NCBI GenBank assembly: GCA_937911265.1
Contig: CALDRG010000063.1
Coordinates: 5,862-69,861, forward strand
Reading direction: 5' to 3'
DNA: 64,000 bases
Origin: an uncultured euryarchaeote
GTDB lineage: Archaea; Thermoplasmatota; Poseidoniia; Poseidoniales; Thalassarchaeaceae
In this document: one piece after another, positions 9,903 to 19,641 of the stretch
Position numbering within the stretch: position 1 is the first letter of the stretch
Layout of the letters: every line of letters begins with the position of its first letter
The notes under the pieces: model-generated
Database searches by the model: none
What the model saw: only the letters and a program-made list of their open reading frames with translations
Told to the model about the DNA's origin: nothing
Translations under genes and position numbers: made by a program

Positions 9903-10376
9903 ATGGAACAGAGAGGGCCATCAGTACAGGAGGAGCACGCCCCGAACAGTATCTGCTTTGGCTGTGGGCCAGCCAATCAAAACGGCTTGAAAATCCGCTC
10001 GTTCCGCAGCGAGCACGGGTTGGAGATGGAATTCTCACCCAAGGCTGAGCATCAGGCATTTCCAGGTATGATTAATGGGGGGATAATCGGGACACTGCTG
10101 GACTGTCACGGGAACTGGACAGCATCGATGGCCCTAATGGACCAATCCGGTGAGTCCGAACCGCCCTGCACCGTGACTGCATCTTACTCGATTAAGCTCA
10201 GGAGACCCACTCCCTACGGGGTTGCTCTGCAGGTCAGCTCGAAGATCGAGGAGATTGAAGAAGGCCGAGTGAAGGTGAGAATGACCTTGAGAGCGGATGG
10301 CGAGGTCTGTGCCACTGGAGGGGGACTCTTTGTCGCCGTAAAGGAGGGCCATCCCGCCTTCCATCGCTGGAATTAG
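9903..10376 (+). CDS. PaaI/hotdog-fold thioesterase
   Basis: CFGCGPAN..GL, HQAFPGMINGGIIGTLLD, VTAS...LRRPTP. Confidence 0.85.
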   Translation: MEQRGPSVQEEHAPNSICFGCGPANQNGLKIRSFRSEHGLEMEFSPKAEHQAFPGMINGGIIGTLLDCHGNWTASMALMDQSGESEPPCTVTASYSIKLRRPTPYGVALQVSSKIEEIEEGRVKVRMTLRADGEVCATGGGLFVAVKEGHPAFHRWN

Positions 10377-10423
10377 TCCTCACTACTCGGCATCCTTTAG
10401 AACGGCCGAATCGAAGACGTGCT

Positions 10424-12973
10424 GTGACCCAATCAGCAGGGCCTCCCTCGCGCAGGCTCGAAGACCTCGGACTGGACGAGAGAATCGTGTCAATGCTGCA
10501 CGAGAACTGGGGCATTGAGGAGCTGTTTCCGCCTCAGGCGGAGGCTTTGCCGTACGCCCTATCAGGACGTAACGTGATGCTTACCATACCGACCGCCAGC
10601 GGCAAGTCACTGGTAGCTTATTTGGCCATCGTCCACCGGTTGACCAGTGACCTAGAAGGTGCTCGCGCTCTGTATGTGGTGCCGCTGAAGGCTCTGGCCA
10701 CTGAAAAGGTGGCTGAATTGAGGGAGATTGCCTCAGTAGTCGGCCTGCGCGTCGGCCTCGCCATCGGCGATAGAGGGAGCGAGACCGGGATGATAGAGGA
10801 AGCAGATATTCTCGTGTGTACCAGTGAGAAGCTGGATTCACTCCTACGGACTCGCTCTGAAATGATGGACAGGGTCGGCATCGTCGTCAGCGACGAGTTT
10901 CATCTACTGCATGACCCGGGGCGTGGCCCGACTCTCGAGGTCTTGCTATCGCGCATCCGACACAGGAGGCCTGAAGCCCAGATTATTGCCCTTTCCGCCA
11001 CCGTAGGAAACGCCACAGAGATGGCAGAGTGGCTTGACTCCAAGCTGATTGTATCCGACTGGCGCCCCGTCACTCTGCGCTACGGCACCTTGACAGGGCT
11101 GGATGCTAGAGTGCACAGAGTAGATGGATCTGGAGAAGAGATGCCGCCTGAACCACGCGAGCTGGAGGGCAAGACTACCCGCCCGCTGCAGGCAATTCTG
11201 CAAGACACTGTCCAAAACGGTGGGCAGCTTCTCGTCTTCGTGTCCTCCCGCGCCTCTGCCCAGAAGGAGGCACGCGAGCTCTCCAAACACATCCAGCGGA
11301 TGCTGATTGAGGGCAGCCATGACTTCGATGGTGGAATAGTCGAGAGATGGGGAGATATCGCTGACAGACTCGGCGGAAGCGGCGACTCCTCTGCCACGGT
11401 GGGCTCGCTGGAATCTTCGCTCAGAGGTGGTGTTGCCTTCCACCACGCAGGACTAACCAGTAAACACCGCAATATTGTCGAAGACTCGTTCAAAAGCGGT
11501 GACTTATTCTGCGTGGTCGCCACACCGACGCTCGCGCAGGGAGTCAACCTACCCGCGCGAACGGTGGTGGTCAGGGACTACAGGAGGTGGAGCGCGGCTG
11601 CGGGCATGACAATGCCCCTTCCCGTACTCGAAATCTTGCAAATGATGGGCAGGGCTGGCCGGCCAAAGTACGACGTCGTCGGTGAGGCGTGGTTGCTTGC
11701 AAAGAGTCGTGACGAGGAGTCCCATCTGGTCGATTTGTACCTGCACGGCGAACCTGAGGAAGTGACTTCAAAACTCGCCAATCCAAACGCCCTGAGGGCC
11801 GAGGAGGATCCTGCTTTGCTCACTCACGTCCTATCCATGGTAGCTACCGGAGGCACCGCTGACAGGGACGCACTCGGGAAATTCTTCTCCAAGACATTTC
11901 TCGCAACCCAGTTAGATTCTGAGTCCCTAGCTGCTAGAATAGACGACGTAGTCAGCTGGCTCGCATCGAACGGGATGATCGACAGACTCGGAGAATCTGA
12001 AGAGGTGAGGGCGAGAATCCTTGAAACGCCTCCCGTTGAACAACCTGAGGATTGGGAGGACGAACTTCCTTCATGGGTCGACTCCGCCTCCGAAGTGACA
12101 GGCCTAGATGTTGCATATGAGCCGAATAGAGGATATGGTAAGAAGCCTCGTCGCGGCCCCCCTATCTTTGGTTTCCGTAAGGCCAGTGCGCATGACTCGT
12201 ACGAGGCTGACCCTCCTGAGTCGTCTTCGATGGCCTACAGTGCCACACCTCTAGGAAAGAGGGTCGCGCAGTTGTACCTCAATCCAATATCCGGGCGCAT
12301 CATACGCGATGGGTTAGGCAAGGCCATGGCCACCCTCACAGGAGAGGATGATTACGGGCAGGTCTCCCCCCTGAGTCTCTTGCACCTAGTCTCTTGCACC
12401 CCCGACTTCCTGCCACTATGGCCGAGAAAGGGCGATTACGACGCCATTCAAGCCGCTCTGCACGGCCATGAGAGGGAGTTTCTCACCGAGGCAGTGGACC
12501 TTGACGAGGAGCGTCGGATGAAAGGTGTCCTCGTACTCCAATCGTGGACCGAGGAGGCCCGTGTAGAGCATGTAGAGAGGGACTGGGGGGTACAGCCGGG
12601 GGACCTGCGAGGACGCGTCGAGTTGGCCGAGTGGCTACTCTACGCGACTAGAAGGATTCTGGCTGAAGACGAGAAGCTCTCTTCGATGGACAGGAATGCT
12701 CATCGCACCCTAGTAGAGGCAGTCGACGAGATTCACCGCAGGGTGCGGTACGGATGCAAGGCAGATCTCCTAGGTCTGGTGGCCCTGCGCGGAGTCGGCA
12801 GATCCAGAGCGAGGCAGATGGTGGACCTGCTGGGCGTCTCCAACGCCGCAGACGTGGCTGCTCTGACCGAGCGGGACATGCAGAAGTTGTCTGATCTGCG
12901 TGGATGGAGTCCCCAACTGGTGGATGGAGTGGTCGCAACGGCTGGTCGCGCTGTTAGGCGGGGTTCGCGATAG
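10424..12973 (+). CDS. hel308: Ski2-like SF2 DNA helicase Hel308 (Hjm)
   Basis: PTASGKS, DEFH, LSAT, FHHAGL, ATPTLAQGVNLPA, QMMGRAGRP, ATPLG winged helix, C-terminal GVGRSRAR HhH. Confidence 0.92.
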   Translation: MTQSAGPPSRRLEDLGLDERIVSMLHENWGIEELFPPQAEALPYALSGRNVMLTIPTASGKSLVAYLAIVHRLTSDLEGARALYVVPLKALATEKVAELREIASVVGLRVGLAIGDRGSETGMIEEADILVCTSEKLDSLLRTRSEMMDRVGIVVSDEFHLLHDPGRGPTLEVLLSRIRHRRPEAQIIALSATVGNATEMAEWLDSKLIVSDWRPVTLRYGTLTGLDARVHRVDGSGEEMPPEPRELEGKTTRPLQAILQDTVQNGGQLLVFVSSRASAQKEARELSKHIQRMLIEGSHDFDGGIVERWGDIADRLGGSGDSSATVGSLESSLRGGVAFHHAGLTSKHRNIVEDSFKSGDLFCVVATPTLAQGVNLPARTVVVRDYRRWSAAAGMTMPLPVLEILQMMGRAGRPKYDVVGEAWLLAKSRDEESHLVDLYLHGEPEEVTSKLANPNALRAEEDPALLTHVLSMVATGGTADRDALGKFFSKTFLATQLDSESLAARIDDVVSWLASNGMIDRLGESEEVRARILETPPVEQPEDWEDELPSWVDSASEVTGLDVAYEPNRGYGKKPRRGPPIFGFRKASAHDSYEADPPESSSMAYSATPLGKRVAQLYLNPISGRIIRDGLGKAMATLTGEDDYGQVSPLSLLHLVSCTPDFLPLWPRKGDYDAIQAALHGHEREFLTEAVDLDEERRMKGVLVLQSWTEEARVEHVERDWGVQPGDLRGRVELAEWLLYATRRILAEDEKLSSMDRNAHRTLVEAVDEIHRRVRYGCKADLLGLVALRGVGRSRARQMVDLLGVSNAADVAALTERDMQKLSDLRGWSPQLVDGVVATAGRAVRRGSR

Positions 12974-13006
12974 AGACCCTTCTTCAACGGGAGGCCATCG
13001 CAGCGC

Positions 13007-13576
13007 ATGGACCAATCCTCGTCAATACCATGGTTCCCAGCTTGGGGCATCGGCTTCGGAGAAGCGATGGTTGAACCGAGCGAGGTTGTTGCGCTGTTTA
13101 GAGAGTGGAGGCCTAGTGAGAGATGGCTGCTTCTGGCCTACGACGCCGCTTGTAGTGAGGTTCGACTGTGGACGGCTTGGACCGCCCTCAGAAGACTGGA
13201 GGATTCGAATCGCATGGTGGCAAGGACCTGTGATGCAGAGTTCCTAAGGCTAATCTCAGGCACGCATCAACTCAGTTCCGCCTTCGAGCGTGCCGGCATC
13301 AGCAGCGGCGACCAGTCAGCTTGGATAATCCACCTGCCGGAAACAGTGGTCGGAGAGGAGTTTGGCCAGATGGAGGTTTCACGCACTAGCTATCTGGACA
13401 ACGAGATCGAAGCGACTAGGCTGATAGAGCACCTTGAAGCGAGGCTGCTCGCCCACAGGCCCGTTCCAAGCGAAGCTGGCTTACTGAGACTAGGTGTCAT
13501 CGAGAGTGGGGACTCAATAGAGGCTGCGAGGAGAGAGGATGCTTTCCTTCTCCACACCGCTCTCGCTGATATGTAA
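13007..13576 (+). CDS. cgi121: KEOPS complex subunit Cgi121
   Basis: RMVARTCDAEFLRLISGTHQLSSAFERAGI matches the Cgi121 core; lies directly after hel308, a known archaeal arrangement. Confidence 0.75.
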   Translation: MDQSSSIPWFPAWGIGFGEAMVEPSEVVALFREWRPSERWLLLAYDAACSEVRLWTAWTALRRLEDSNRMVARTCDAEFLRLISGTHQLSSAFERAGISSGDQSAWIIHLPETVVGEEFGQMEVSRTSYLDNEIEATRLIEHLEARLLAHRPVPSEAGLLRLGVIESGDSIEAARREDAFLLHTALADM

Positions 13577-13635
13577 GCGATTGACCCTATGGAGTCAAAC
13601 TCATAGGCGGGACGCCCGAGGGTTCCTCGGGGAAA

Positions 13636-13881
13636 ATGGCGAAATTTCACGGATTCAGGCACTGCGTCACCTGCAAGGTAAACTGCACTCCGGGCAATTT
13701 CGTAGACTTCGAGAGCAAGAGGTACTGCACAGCATGCTGGATTGAGGGGAATAACCCTGAGCATCCAGAACTTGAGCTAATCAGACAGCAGGTCATCGAC
13801 TCGGCAGAGGAGTGGAAGTGTGCCAAGTGGAGTCGCCAAGAGGGGCCTCTGCCAGATGGCCCGAGACCGGCTCGCAAGTGA
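13636..13881 (+). CDS. Small hypothetical protein with two CxxC motifs (putative zinc finger)
   Basis: CVTC...CTAC; fills the gap; its stop lies within the GAGGTGA SD of the next gene. Confidence 0.65.
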   Translation: MAKFHGFRHCVTCKVNCTPGNFVDFESKRYCTACWIEGNNPEHPELELIRQQVIDSAEEWKCAKWSRQEGPLPDGPRPARK

Positions 13882-13890
13882 GGTGATAGT

Positions 13891-15597
13891 TTGGGTTCTG
13901 GATTCATCACTGAGGATTTTGATGCTGCTCAGTGGGAGAACATTGAGCCCTATGCTCACGACCTCTTGAATCGCGAGTTGAACTGCTCGGGCTGTCTCGA
14001 AACTCTGATCAAAGACTGTTCGATTCTTTCCGAGCACATCTCTGAGGCGGGAACGCTTCTGAGCATTGCTATGACATGCGACACCGAGAGCGAGGCCAAG
14101 CGTCAGGCCTACCTAGACTTCATTGAGAACGCCCAGCCCAAATTGTCGGAGTTCGGCGACGCCTTCAACCGCAGACTTGCTGAACACCCCTCAGTCAGCG
14201 ACCTGCCGCCTCGCTACGACTTGATGATTAAGTGCATCCGGACCGATATCGAGACCTTTCGAGAAGAGAACATCCCACTGCAGATCGAAGAGGCCAAATT
14301 GGAGACGGAGCACAGCACCATCACCGGAGCCATGACAGTAGAGTTCGAGGGCGAGGAGAAGACATTTCCGCAGATGGCCCTCTACTTCGAGAGTACTGAT
14401 CGGAGTATCAGGGAGGCTGCTTGGAGGGCGGTCATGGAGAGGATAAGTCAGGATACGGAGAGGCTGTCTGAGATTTACGACAAACTGATTCAAATCCGGC
14501 ATCGGATAGCGGTAAACGCTGGATTCGATGACTACCGCTCCTACATCTTCGAAGCCAAGCATCGCTACGACTACTCTATGGAGGACTGTCTCGAGTTTCA
14601 CGACTCAATCGAGCGCGTCTGCGTACCGATGATGCACGAAATTCAAGAGCTTAGGCGCGAGGCTCTCAGAGTTGTTGCGTTGCGACCGTGGGACGTCAGC
14701 GAGAAGAGTGGTGGTGGGGTGGACATTCACGGAAGGCCGCCGCTGAGGCCCTTCGAGGATGTCGAGGGGCTAATCACAGGCTGCTCGGACGTCTTCCACG
14801 ACATGTCCCCCGAACTGGGGGGCATGTTCGACATGCTGAGAGAGAGGGAATCTCTCGACCTTGAGAGCAGGAAAGGCAAGGCACCGGGCGGCTATCAGGC
14901 CAACCTCGAGAAGACTCGAATACCATTCATCTTCATGAACGCGGCTGGCACTCACGACAACCTGTCTACGATGTTGCACGAGGCCGGGCACGCGTTCCAC
15001 TCGTGCTACAGCTCCGACTTGGAGCTCATAGGGGAGCGTAACCCACCTCTCGAGTTCGCAGAGGTAGCCTCGATGTCTATGGAGCTGATGAGTCAACCTC
15101 AATGGAACGTATTTTACAGTGATGAGGAAGCCCGTAGAGCGAAGCTCGATGATCTCGAGAAGATCGTCTGCTTCTTACCATGGATGGCCACTATAGATGC
15201 CTTCCAGCACTGGGTCTACGCCAATCCCGAACATACTCGCGAAGACCGATCTGAACACTGGTTAGAGTTGAGGAGGAAGTTTGGTCCGAGGATCGATTGG
15301 AGTGGTTTTGAGGAGCTGAAAGAGACCTCCTGGCAGGGTCAACTTCATCTGTTCCAAGTGCCTTTCTATTACATCGAGTACGGAATAGCGCAACTCGGGG
15401 CGCTGCAAATGTGGCAGCACCACAGAAGAGACGCGGCGGATGGCCTCGCCCGCTACGCACGGGCTATGAGGCTGGGCAACACCAAGCCGCTCCCGGAACT
15501 GTTCGGAGCCGCCGGTCTCAACCTCGGTTTTGACGAGGAGCACGTCGCATCGCTGATTGGCGAATTGAGCGAGGCGATGGCAGAGATTCGAACCTGA
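13891..15597 (+). CDS. M3B oligoendopeptidase (PepF-like)
   Basis: HEAGHAFH, EVASMSME, FYYIEYGIAQLGA, KAPGGY; TTG start after SD GAGGTGA. Confidence 0.92.
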   Translation: MGSGFITEDFDAAQWENIEPYAHDLLNRELNCSGCLETLIKDCSILSEHISEAGTLLSIAMTCDTESEAKRQAYLDFIENAQPKLSEFGDAFNRRLAEHPSVSDLPPRYDLMIKCIRTDIETFREENIPLQIEEAKLETEHSTITGAMTVEFEGEEKTFPQMALYFESTDRSIREAAWRAVMERISQDTERLSEIYDKLIQIRHRIAVNAGFDDYRSYIFEAKHRYDYSMEDCLEFHDSIERVCVPMMHEIQELRREALRVVALRPWDVSEKSGGGVDIHGRPPLRPFEDVEGLITGCSDVFHDMSPELGGMFDMLRERESLDLESRKGKAPGGYQANLEKTRIPFIFMNAAGTHDNLSTMLHEAGHAFHSCYSSDLELIGERNPPLEFAEVASMSMELMSQPQWNVFYSDEEARRAKLDDLEKIVCFLPWMATIDAFQHWVYANPEHTREDRSEHWLELRRKFGPRIDWSGFEELKETSWQGQLHLFQVPFYYIEYGIAQLGALQMWQHHRRDAADGLARYARAMRLGNTKPLPELFGAAGLNLGFDEEHVASLIGELSEAMAEIRT

Positions 15598-15644
15598 CCG
15601 GCAGTATATTGCCCCCTACGGTCTAGCGGTTTAGAGGTGGAAGG

Positions 15645-16946
15645 ATGGAAGGTGTCTCCGAGGTAGGCTACTTAGGACGACTGAGGCAATTCAGCCGTAA
15701 TGCCCGGTTGTACCTGCTGCACGTCATCGGGATGGACCTGATTCACGGGGCCTGGGAGGTCCTGTTCAACCTCTACCTGCTGGCTGTAGGCTTCGATGTC
15801 AAGTTCGTCGGCATCAGAATCGCCGTTCTTGGCATAGCAGGTTCGCTGGCCTCGATTCCGGCGGGCAAGCTAGCCGATCGCATAGACCGTAAATGGGGAT
15901 TCATCATCGGTGATGGAGGAGGGGCCGTGTGTGCGCTGATACTCATTATGTCCACCAATGCGAATACAATCCTAGCGTTCTCAGCCGTCTCAGCCTGCTT
16001 CAGCGCGCTGCACCATGTCACTGAGTCGCCGTTCATGGCGGAGAACTCCGAGCCAGATGAGAGAATCCACCTATTCAGCGTCGAGCAAGGGTTGGGCACT
16101 CTCGCAGCGATGGTAGGGGCACTGATTGCGGGGTTCCTACCTCAGTACCTCATCGCCTCAGAGGGATTGTCTCTTGTCGAGGCCTACAGGTGGGCGGTCC
16201 ACATCGGAATAGCATGGTGGTTCCTATCTCTGATACCAGCTATCATGCTCAAACGGCATGTCTCGGAAGAGGTGGCCAAAGCGAGGGCGGAGGTCGCGCA
16301 GGATGAACGCAGCGGCTGGCTCTCGGCTCTCCATAACCCGAAAACAGTGTACCGATTCGTAGCTATAGGGACTCTGCTATCTCTGGGAGGGGGTTTCGTT
16401 CTCAGGCTAGCTAACGTGTTCTTCCACTACGACCTGCACGCTCACGAGCACCAGATCGGGATGGTCTTTGCAACCGGCTCGTTCTTCCTCGCCATAGGGG
16501 CATTCACTGTTCCTTTGGTGGTCGAGCGGCTAGGAGAGGTTGCTACTATCGTGTGGACGAGGTTTGCAGCGATTCCCTTCATCCTCCTCATTGGCTTCGC
16601 GCCGGAGCTGGCCTCACCCGAGACCGTGGTTTCCTTAGCTGGTCTCGCATGGGTCCTAAGGACAACCCTGTTCAATATGTCAGGCCCAGCATTCGAGGCA
16701 TTCAGTATGGGTCAGCTGCATCCAACAGAGCGGGCCACTTACATTGGCATATCACGCTTGTTCGGAAGTGCGATGGCCGCAGTGGGCGGATATCTGGGGG
16801 CGGTCCTGATGAGCGGGGGTGACTTCCGCACCCCATTCATCGTGATGGCAGTGCTGTACGCGATATCCACTGCCCTATTCATGCAGTGGTTCAGAGGCAC
16901 CCCTGGTCTTTCGGACTCGAGAAGCCTACGGGAATCAGTCCCGTAG
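15645..16946 (+). CDS. MFS transporter
   Basis: About 12 TM segments; motif [11 protein letters not shown]. Confidence 0.85.
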   Translation: MEGVSEVGYLGRLRQFSRNARLYLLHVIGMDLIHGAWEVLFNLYLLAVGFDVKFVGIRIAVLGIAGSLASIPAGKLADRIDRKWGFIIGDGGGAVCALILIMSTNANTILAFSAVSACFSALHHVTESPFMAENSEPDERIHLFSVEQGLGTLAAMVGALIAGFLPQYLIASEGLSLVEAYRWAVHIGIAWWFLSLIPAIMLKRHVSEEVAKARAEVAQDERSGWLSALHNPKTVYRFVAIGTLLSLGGGFVLRLANVFFHYDLHAHEHQIGMVFATGSFFLAIGAFTVPLVVERLGEVATIVWTRFAAIPFILLIGFAPELASPETVVSLAGLAWVLRTTLFNMSGPAFEAFSMGQLHPTERATYIGISRLFGSAMAAVGGYLGAVLMSGGDFRTPFIVMAVLYAISTALFMQWFRGTPGLSDSRSLRESVP

Positions 16947-17936
16947 GCCCTCGGATGTCACGGTAAAGACCGCTTCGCCCTCAGGCAGGTTAGGACTGTC
17001 GACTAGGCGGGCTATGCGTCGGCCCCCCTTCGACTTCCTGAGGTACAAGCGGAATGTGCTGGCGTGTGCTACGATGTGCCCTCCAATGGCTCTAGTTGGA
17101 TCTCCCCACATAGCATCGGGCTTCGACATGACTTGGTTGGTCACCAGAATTAGAGCATTCTGGACGTCTGCGACTTGCTTGAGCTCCTTCATGTGGCGAT
17201 TGAGCTTCTGCTGCCTAGGGGCCAGCATGCCGCGCCCGATGTACTCTGAGCGAAAATGACTGGTCAACGAGTCAACGATGATTAACTTGACATCGATGTT
17301 CTTTGACATCCTCTTGATCTCATCCACTAGGAGTATCTGATGGGCTGAGTTGTAAGCCCGGGCGACGTGAATCCTGTCAAGGACGTCCAGTGGATTTATC
17401 CCGATAGCTTCAGCCATCTGCGTTATCCGCTCGGGCCTGAAAGTGTCCTCAGTATCGATGTAGAAGACCTCGCCGTCGAATCCTCCCTGATCCAAGGGTA
17501 GGACCGTATTGACTGCAAGCTGATGCCCAATCTGAGTCTTACCACTGCCGAACTCGCCGTAGACCTCTACGATAGCCTGGGTCTCGAAGCCACCACCAAG
17601 TAGCTCATCCAATGCCGAGGTTCCTGATGTGAGCTTCTGCACCTGTCGGCGGCGGTCTAGAAGTGCTGTGCCACTGAGGAAGCCACCTATGTTGGCCATC
17701 TTCTTCGCGCCGGAGATGATTTTGGCCGCTACGGCCTCGCCCAGTTCGGCTTGCTCAGCCAGCTCAGTCGGGCTCATCACCGCTATAGCGAGCAATTCGT
17801 CGAAGCCTGCTTCGCGCAGCTTCTCCGCTGTCGCGGGACCGACCCCTGGAAGATCCTCTACGGTACTCTCAGGATCATCCACATCAATCACTATCTTGCT
17901 TTCTTCAACCTTCTCACTTGCTGTCTTCTTGGTCAT
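16935..17936 (-). CDS. radA: DNA repair and recombination protein RadA
   Basis: [56 protein letters not shown]; SD GGTGAGG. Confidence 0.97.
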   Translation of the reverse strand: MTKKTASEKVEESKIVIDVDDPESTVEDLPGVGPATAEKLREAGFDELLAIAVMSPTELAEQAELGEAVAAKIISGAKKMANIGGFLSGTALLDRRRQVQKLTSGTSALDELLGGGFETQAIVEVYGEFGSGKTQIGHQLAVNTVLPLDQGGFDGEVFYIDTEDTFRPERITQMAEAIGINPLDVLDRIHVARAYNSAHQILLVDEIKRMSKNIDVKLIIVDSLTSHFRSEYIGRGMLAPRQQKLNRHMKELKQVADVQNALILVTNQVMSKPDAMWGDPTRAIGGHIVAHASTFRLYLRKSKGGRRIARLVDSPNLPEGEAVFTVTSEGLRD

Positions 17937-17975
17937 GTCCCTCACCTTGTTACAACCTCTATCGGGGTTCGATAG

Positions 17976-17984
17976 TACTTGAAC
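17976..17984 (-). promoter_or_regulatory. Putative TATA-like box of radA (GTTCAAGTA)
   Basis: Identical 9-mer lies 23-31 nt upstream of guaB; here it is ~40 nt upstream of an ATG that has an SD. Confidence 0.45.
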
Positions 17985-18074
17985 AAATGATTGACCCGTG
18001 CCGGCGGTTGAAAGTGCTTCACATCGTCGTTTGCTCTCAGTACAACGATTTTCACTTTTAGTGTGTTTCGTCTG

Positions 18075-18152
18075 TGGTAGCGGGTGGTAGATTTGAACTA
18101 CCGGTCTCCGGGTTATGAGCCCGACGAGATAACCTGGCTACTCCAACCCGCT
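18075..18152 (-). tRNA. tRNA-Met(CAT), initiator type, CCA encoded
   Basis: Reverse complement AGCGGGTTGGAGTAGCCAGGTTATCTCGTCGGGCTCATAACCCGGAGACCGGTAGTTCAAATCTACCACCCGCTACCA folds as a cloverleaf with A1:U72 and three G:C pairs in the anticodon stem. Confidence 0.95.
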
Positions 18153-18174
18153 ATGTCCTTGGGTCTACGGTTGG

Positions 18175-18184
18175 TTATATGAAC
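18175..18184 (-). promoter_or_regulatory. TATA box of tRNA-Met (GTTCATATAA)
   Basis: AT-rich box 23-32 nt upstream of the tRNA 5' end. Confidence 0.6.
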
Positions 18185-18207
18185 AGCACCTTAGACGGAA
18201 GGAAAGC

Positions 18208-19641
18208 ATGAGTGCGCACGCGAACAGTCATGGGACTTCTCGCACCGCAGCCTTTCAGGTGAGTGGAGTGACTGACGGCCTACTGATTCGCAACTCGGCA
18301 ATGGTCATCGGCGACAGTGTCGCTCACGGCGACCTGCGAGTGGCTGGAGGGAGGATTGCGTTGGTCGCCCCTGGAGGAGGTCTGGATCCGCTTGACGGTG
18401 AGACCGTGATTGACGCTGAAGGGTTGCACCTGCTTCCAGGTGCAATCGACCCTCAGGTGCACTTCCGTGAGCCCGGACAGCCTGAGAAGGAAGACCTCGG
18501 CAGCGGCAGCAGGGCCGCGGCTGCCGGTGGAGTCACCGCCTTCCTAGATATGCCAAACAATGTCCCAGCCGCTACCACCTTGGAAGCGATGCGGGCCAAG
18601 TTAGACTCGGCGGCTCGCAGCACGGTGACTCATCATGGCTTCTTCATCGGTGCCACTCCTGACAACGTGGTCGATCTGCAGCAGGCAGTGGGCACCCCCG
18701 ACTCTCCCTCGCCCACAGCTGGAATCTGTGGCATCAAGGTGTTCATGGGTAGCAGCACGGGAAACCTACTGGTGCACCAGCAGCAGCACCTCGAGGCCAT
18801 CTTCGCGGGCACCGCTGGCATCATCGCCGTTCATGCTGAGGACGAGGACAGGTTGAACGCCCGCAAGCCCGAGTTCGCGCACAGGACTGATGTCTCGGCA
18901 CACGCTGAGTGGCGGGACAGCGAGACTGCTCTCATCGCCACCAAGAGAGCGGCGGCGCTGGCGGAGTCGCACAGACACAGGCTGCACGTCCTGCATCTGA
19001 CCAGCGCCCTCGAAGCCGATTGGCTGGCGAACAACAAAGGCAGCCTAATCACCACGGAGGTTTGCCCCCAGCACCTCACTTTCGACGACAGTGACGTGGC
19101 CGAACGCGGCACTAGACTGGTGATGAACCCGCCAATCCGATACGCCGAGGACCGTGAGACGCTGTGGCGGCGTCTAAGGGATGGTACCATCGACTGCATT
19201 GCCACCGACCACGCCCCGCACACGCTTGAAAACAAGAAACTGGGATTTCCGCAAGCGCACGCGGGAATGCCTGGTGTGGAAACTTCACTGCCACTGATGC
19301 TGACGCACGCGGCTGACGGTAAATGCAGTGTGCCCGACGTAGTCGGCTGGATGTGCGAGGGGCCTGCCCGGGTCTACGGCATGACCGGCAAGGGTAAACT
19401 GGCCAAAGGCATGGACGCCGACCTCGTCCTCGTCGACATGGAGTCACGCAGGAAGGTTCACGACACAGACATCTGGGCCCGTGTCGGTTGGACGGCACTC
19501 GATGGGATGGCACTGACAGGATGGCCGATGCTCACCATCGTCGACGGAGTGGTAGTGCACTCGCGTGATGTGGGCGGTACACTGCGCGGCAACGCTGTGG
19601 CTGCACCCGGATCCACCGGGCGCGCTCTCGAGTTCTCCTGA
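18208..19641 (+). CDS. pyrC: Dihydroorotase (amidohydrolase superfamily); true start may be GTG 18259 or 18268
   Basis: IDPQVHFREPG, DMPN, IKVFMG, VHAED, EVCPQHL, MNPPIR, ATDHAPH, GMPGVET. Confidence 0.85.
   Translation: MSAHANSHGTSRTAAFQVSGVTDGLLIRNSAMVIGDSVAHGDLRVAGGRIALVAPGGGLDPLDGETVIDAEGLHLLPGAIDPQVHFREPGQPEKEDLGSGSRAAAAGGVTAFLDMPNNVPAATTLEAMRAKLDSAARSTVTHHGFFIGATPDNVVDLQQAVGTPDSPSPTAGICGIKVFMGSSTGNLLVHQQQHLEAIFAGTAGIIAVHAEDEDRLNARKPEFAHRTDVSAHAEWRDSETALIATKRAAALAESHRHRLHVLHLTSALEADWLANNKGSLITTEVCPQHLTFDDSDVAERGTRLVMNPPIRYAEDRETLWRRLRDGTIDCIATDHAPHTLENKKLGFPQAHAGMPGVETSLPLMLTHAADGKCSVPDVVGWMCEGPARVYGMTGKGKLAKGMDADLVLVDMESRRKVHDTDIWARVGWTALDGMALTGWPMLTIVDGVVVHSRDVGGTLRGNAVAAPGSTGRALEFS

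Noticed and set aside
10424-13576. hel308-cgi121 adjacency
   Set aside because: Already known as a conserved archaeal gene pair.
17670-17690. RadA polymerisation motif FLSG rather than FxxA
   Set aside because: FxxG variants occur in other euryarchaeal RadA proteins, so it is not unusual by itself.
17944-17953. GTAACAAGGT in the radA leader, identical to a conserved 16S rRNA word
   Set aside because: Only 10 nt and overlapping the SD; a chance match, not an rRNA fragment.
18075-18152. tRNA-Met as an integration site for a mobile element
   Set aside because: No integrase and no duplicated tRNA end seen; flanked by housekeeping genes.
18445-18475. Dihydroorotase QVH instead of HxH as a sign of inactivation
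   Set aside because: To my knowledge DxQVHFREPG is a recognised variant in bacterial dihydroorotases, and the other ligands are intact.
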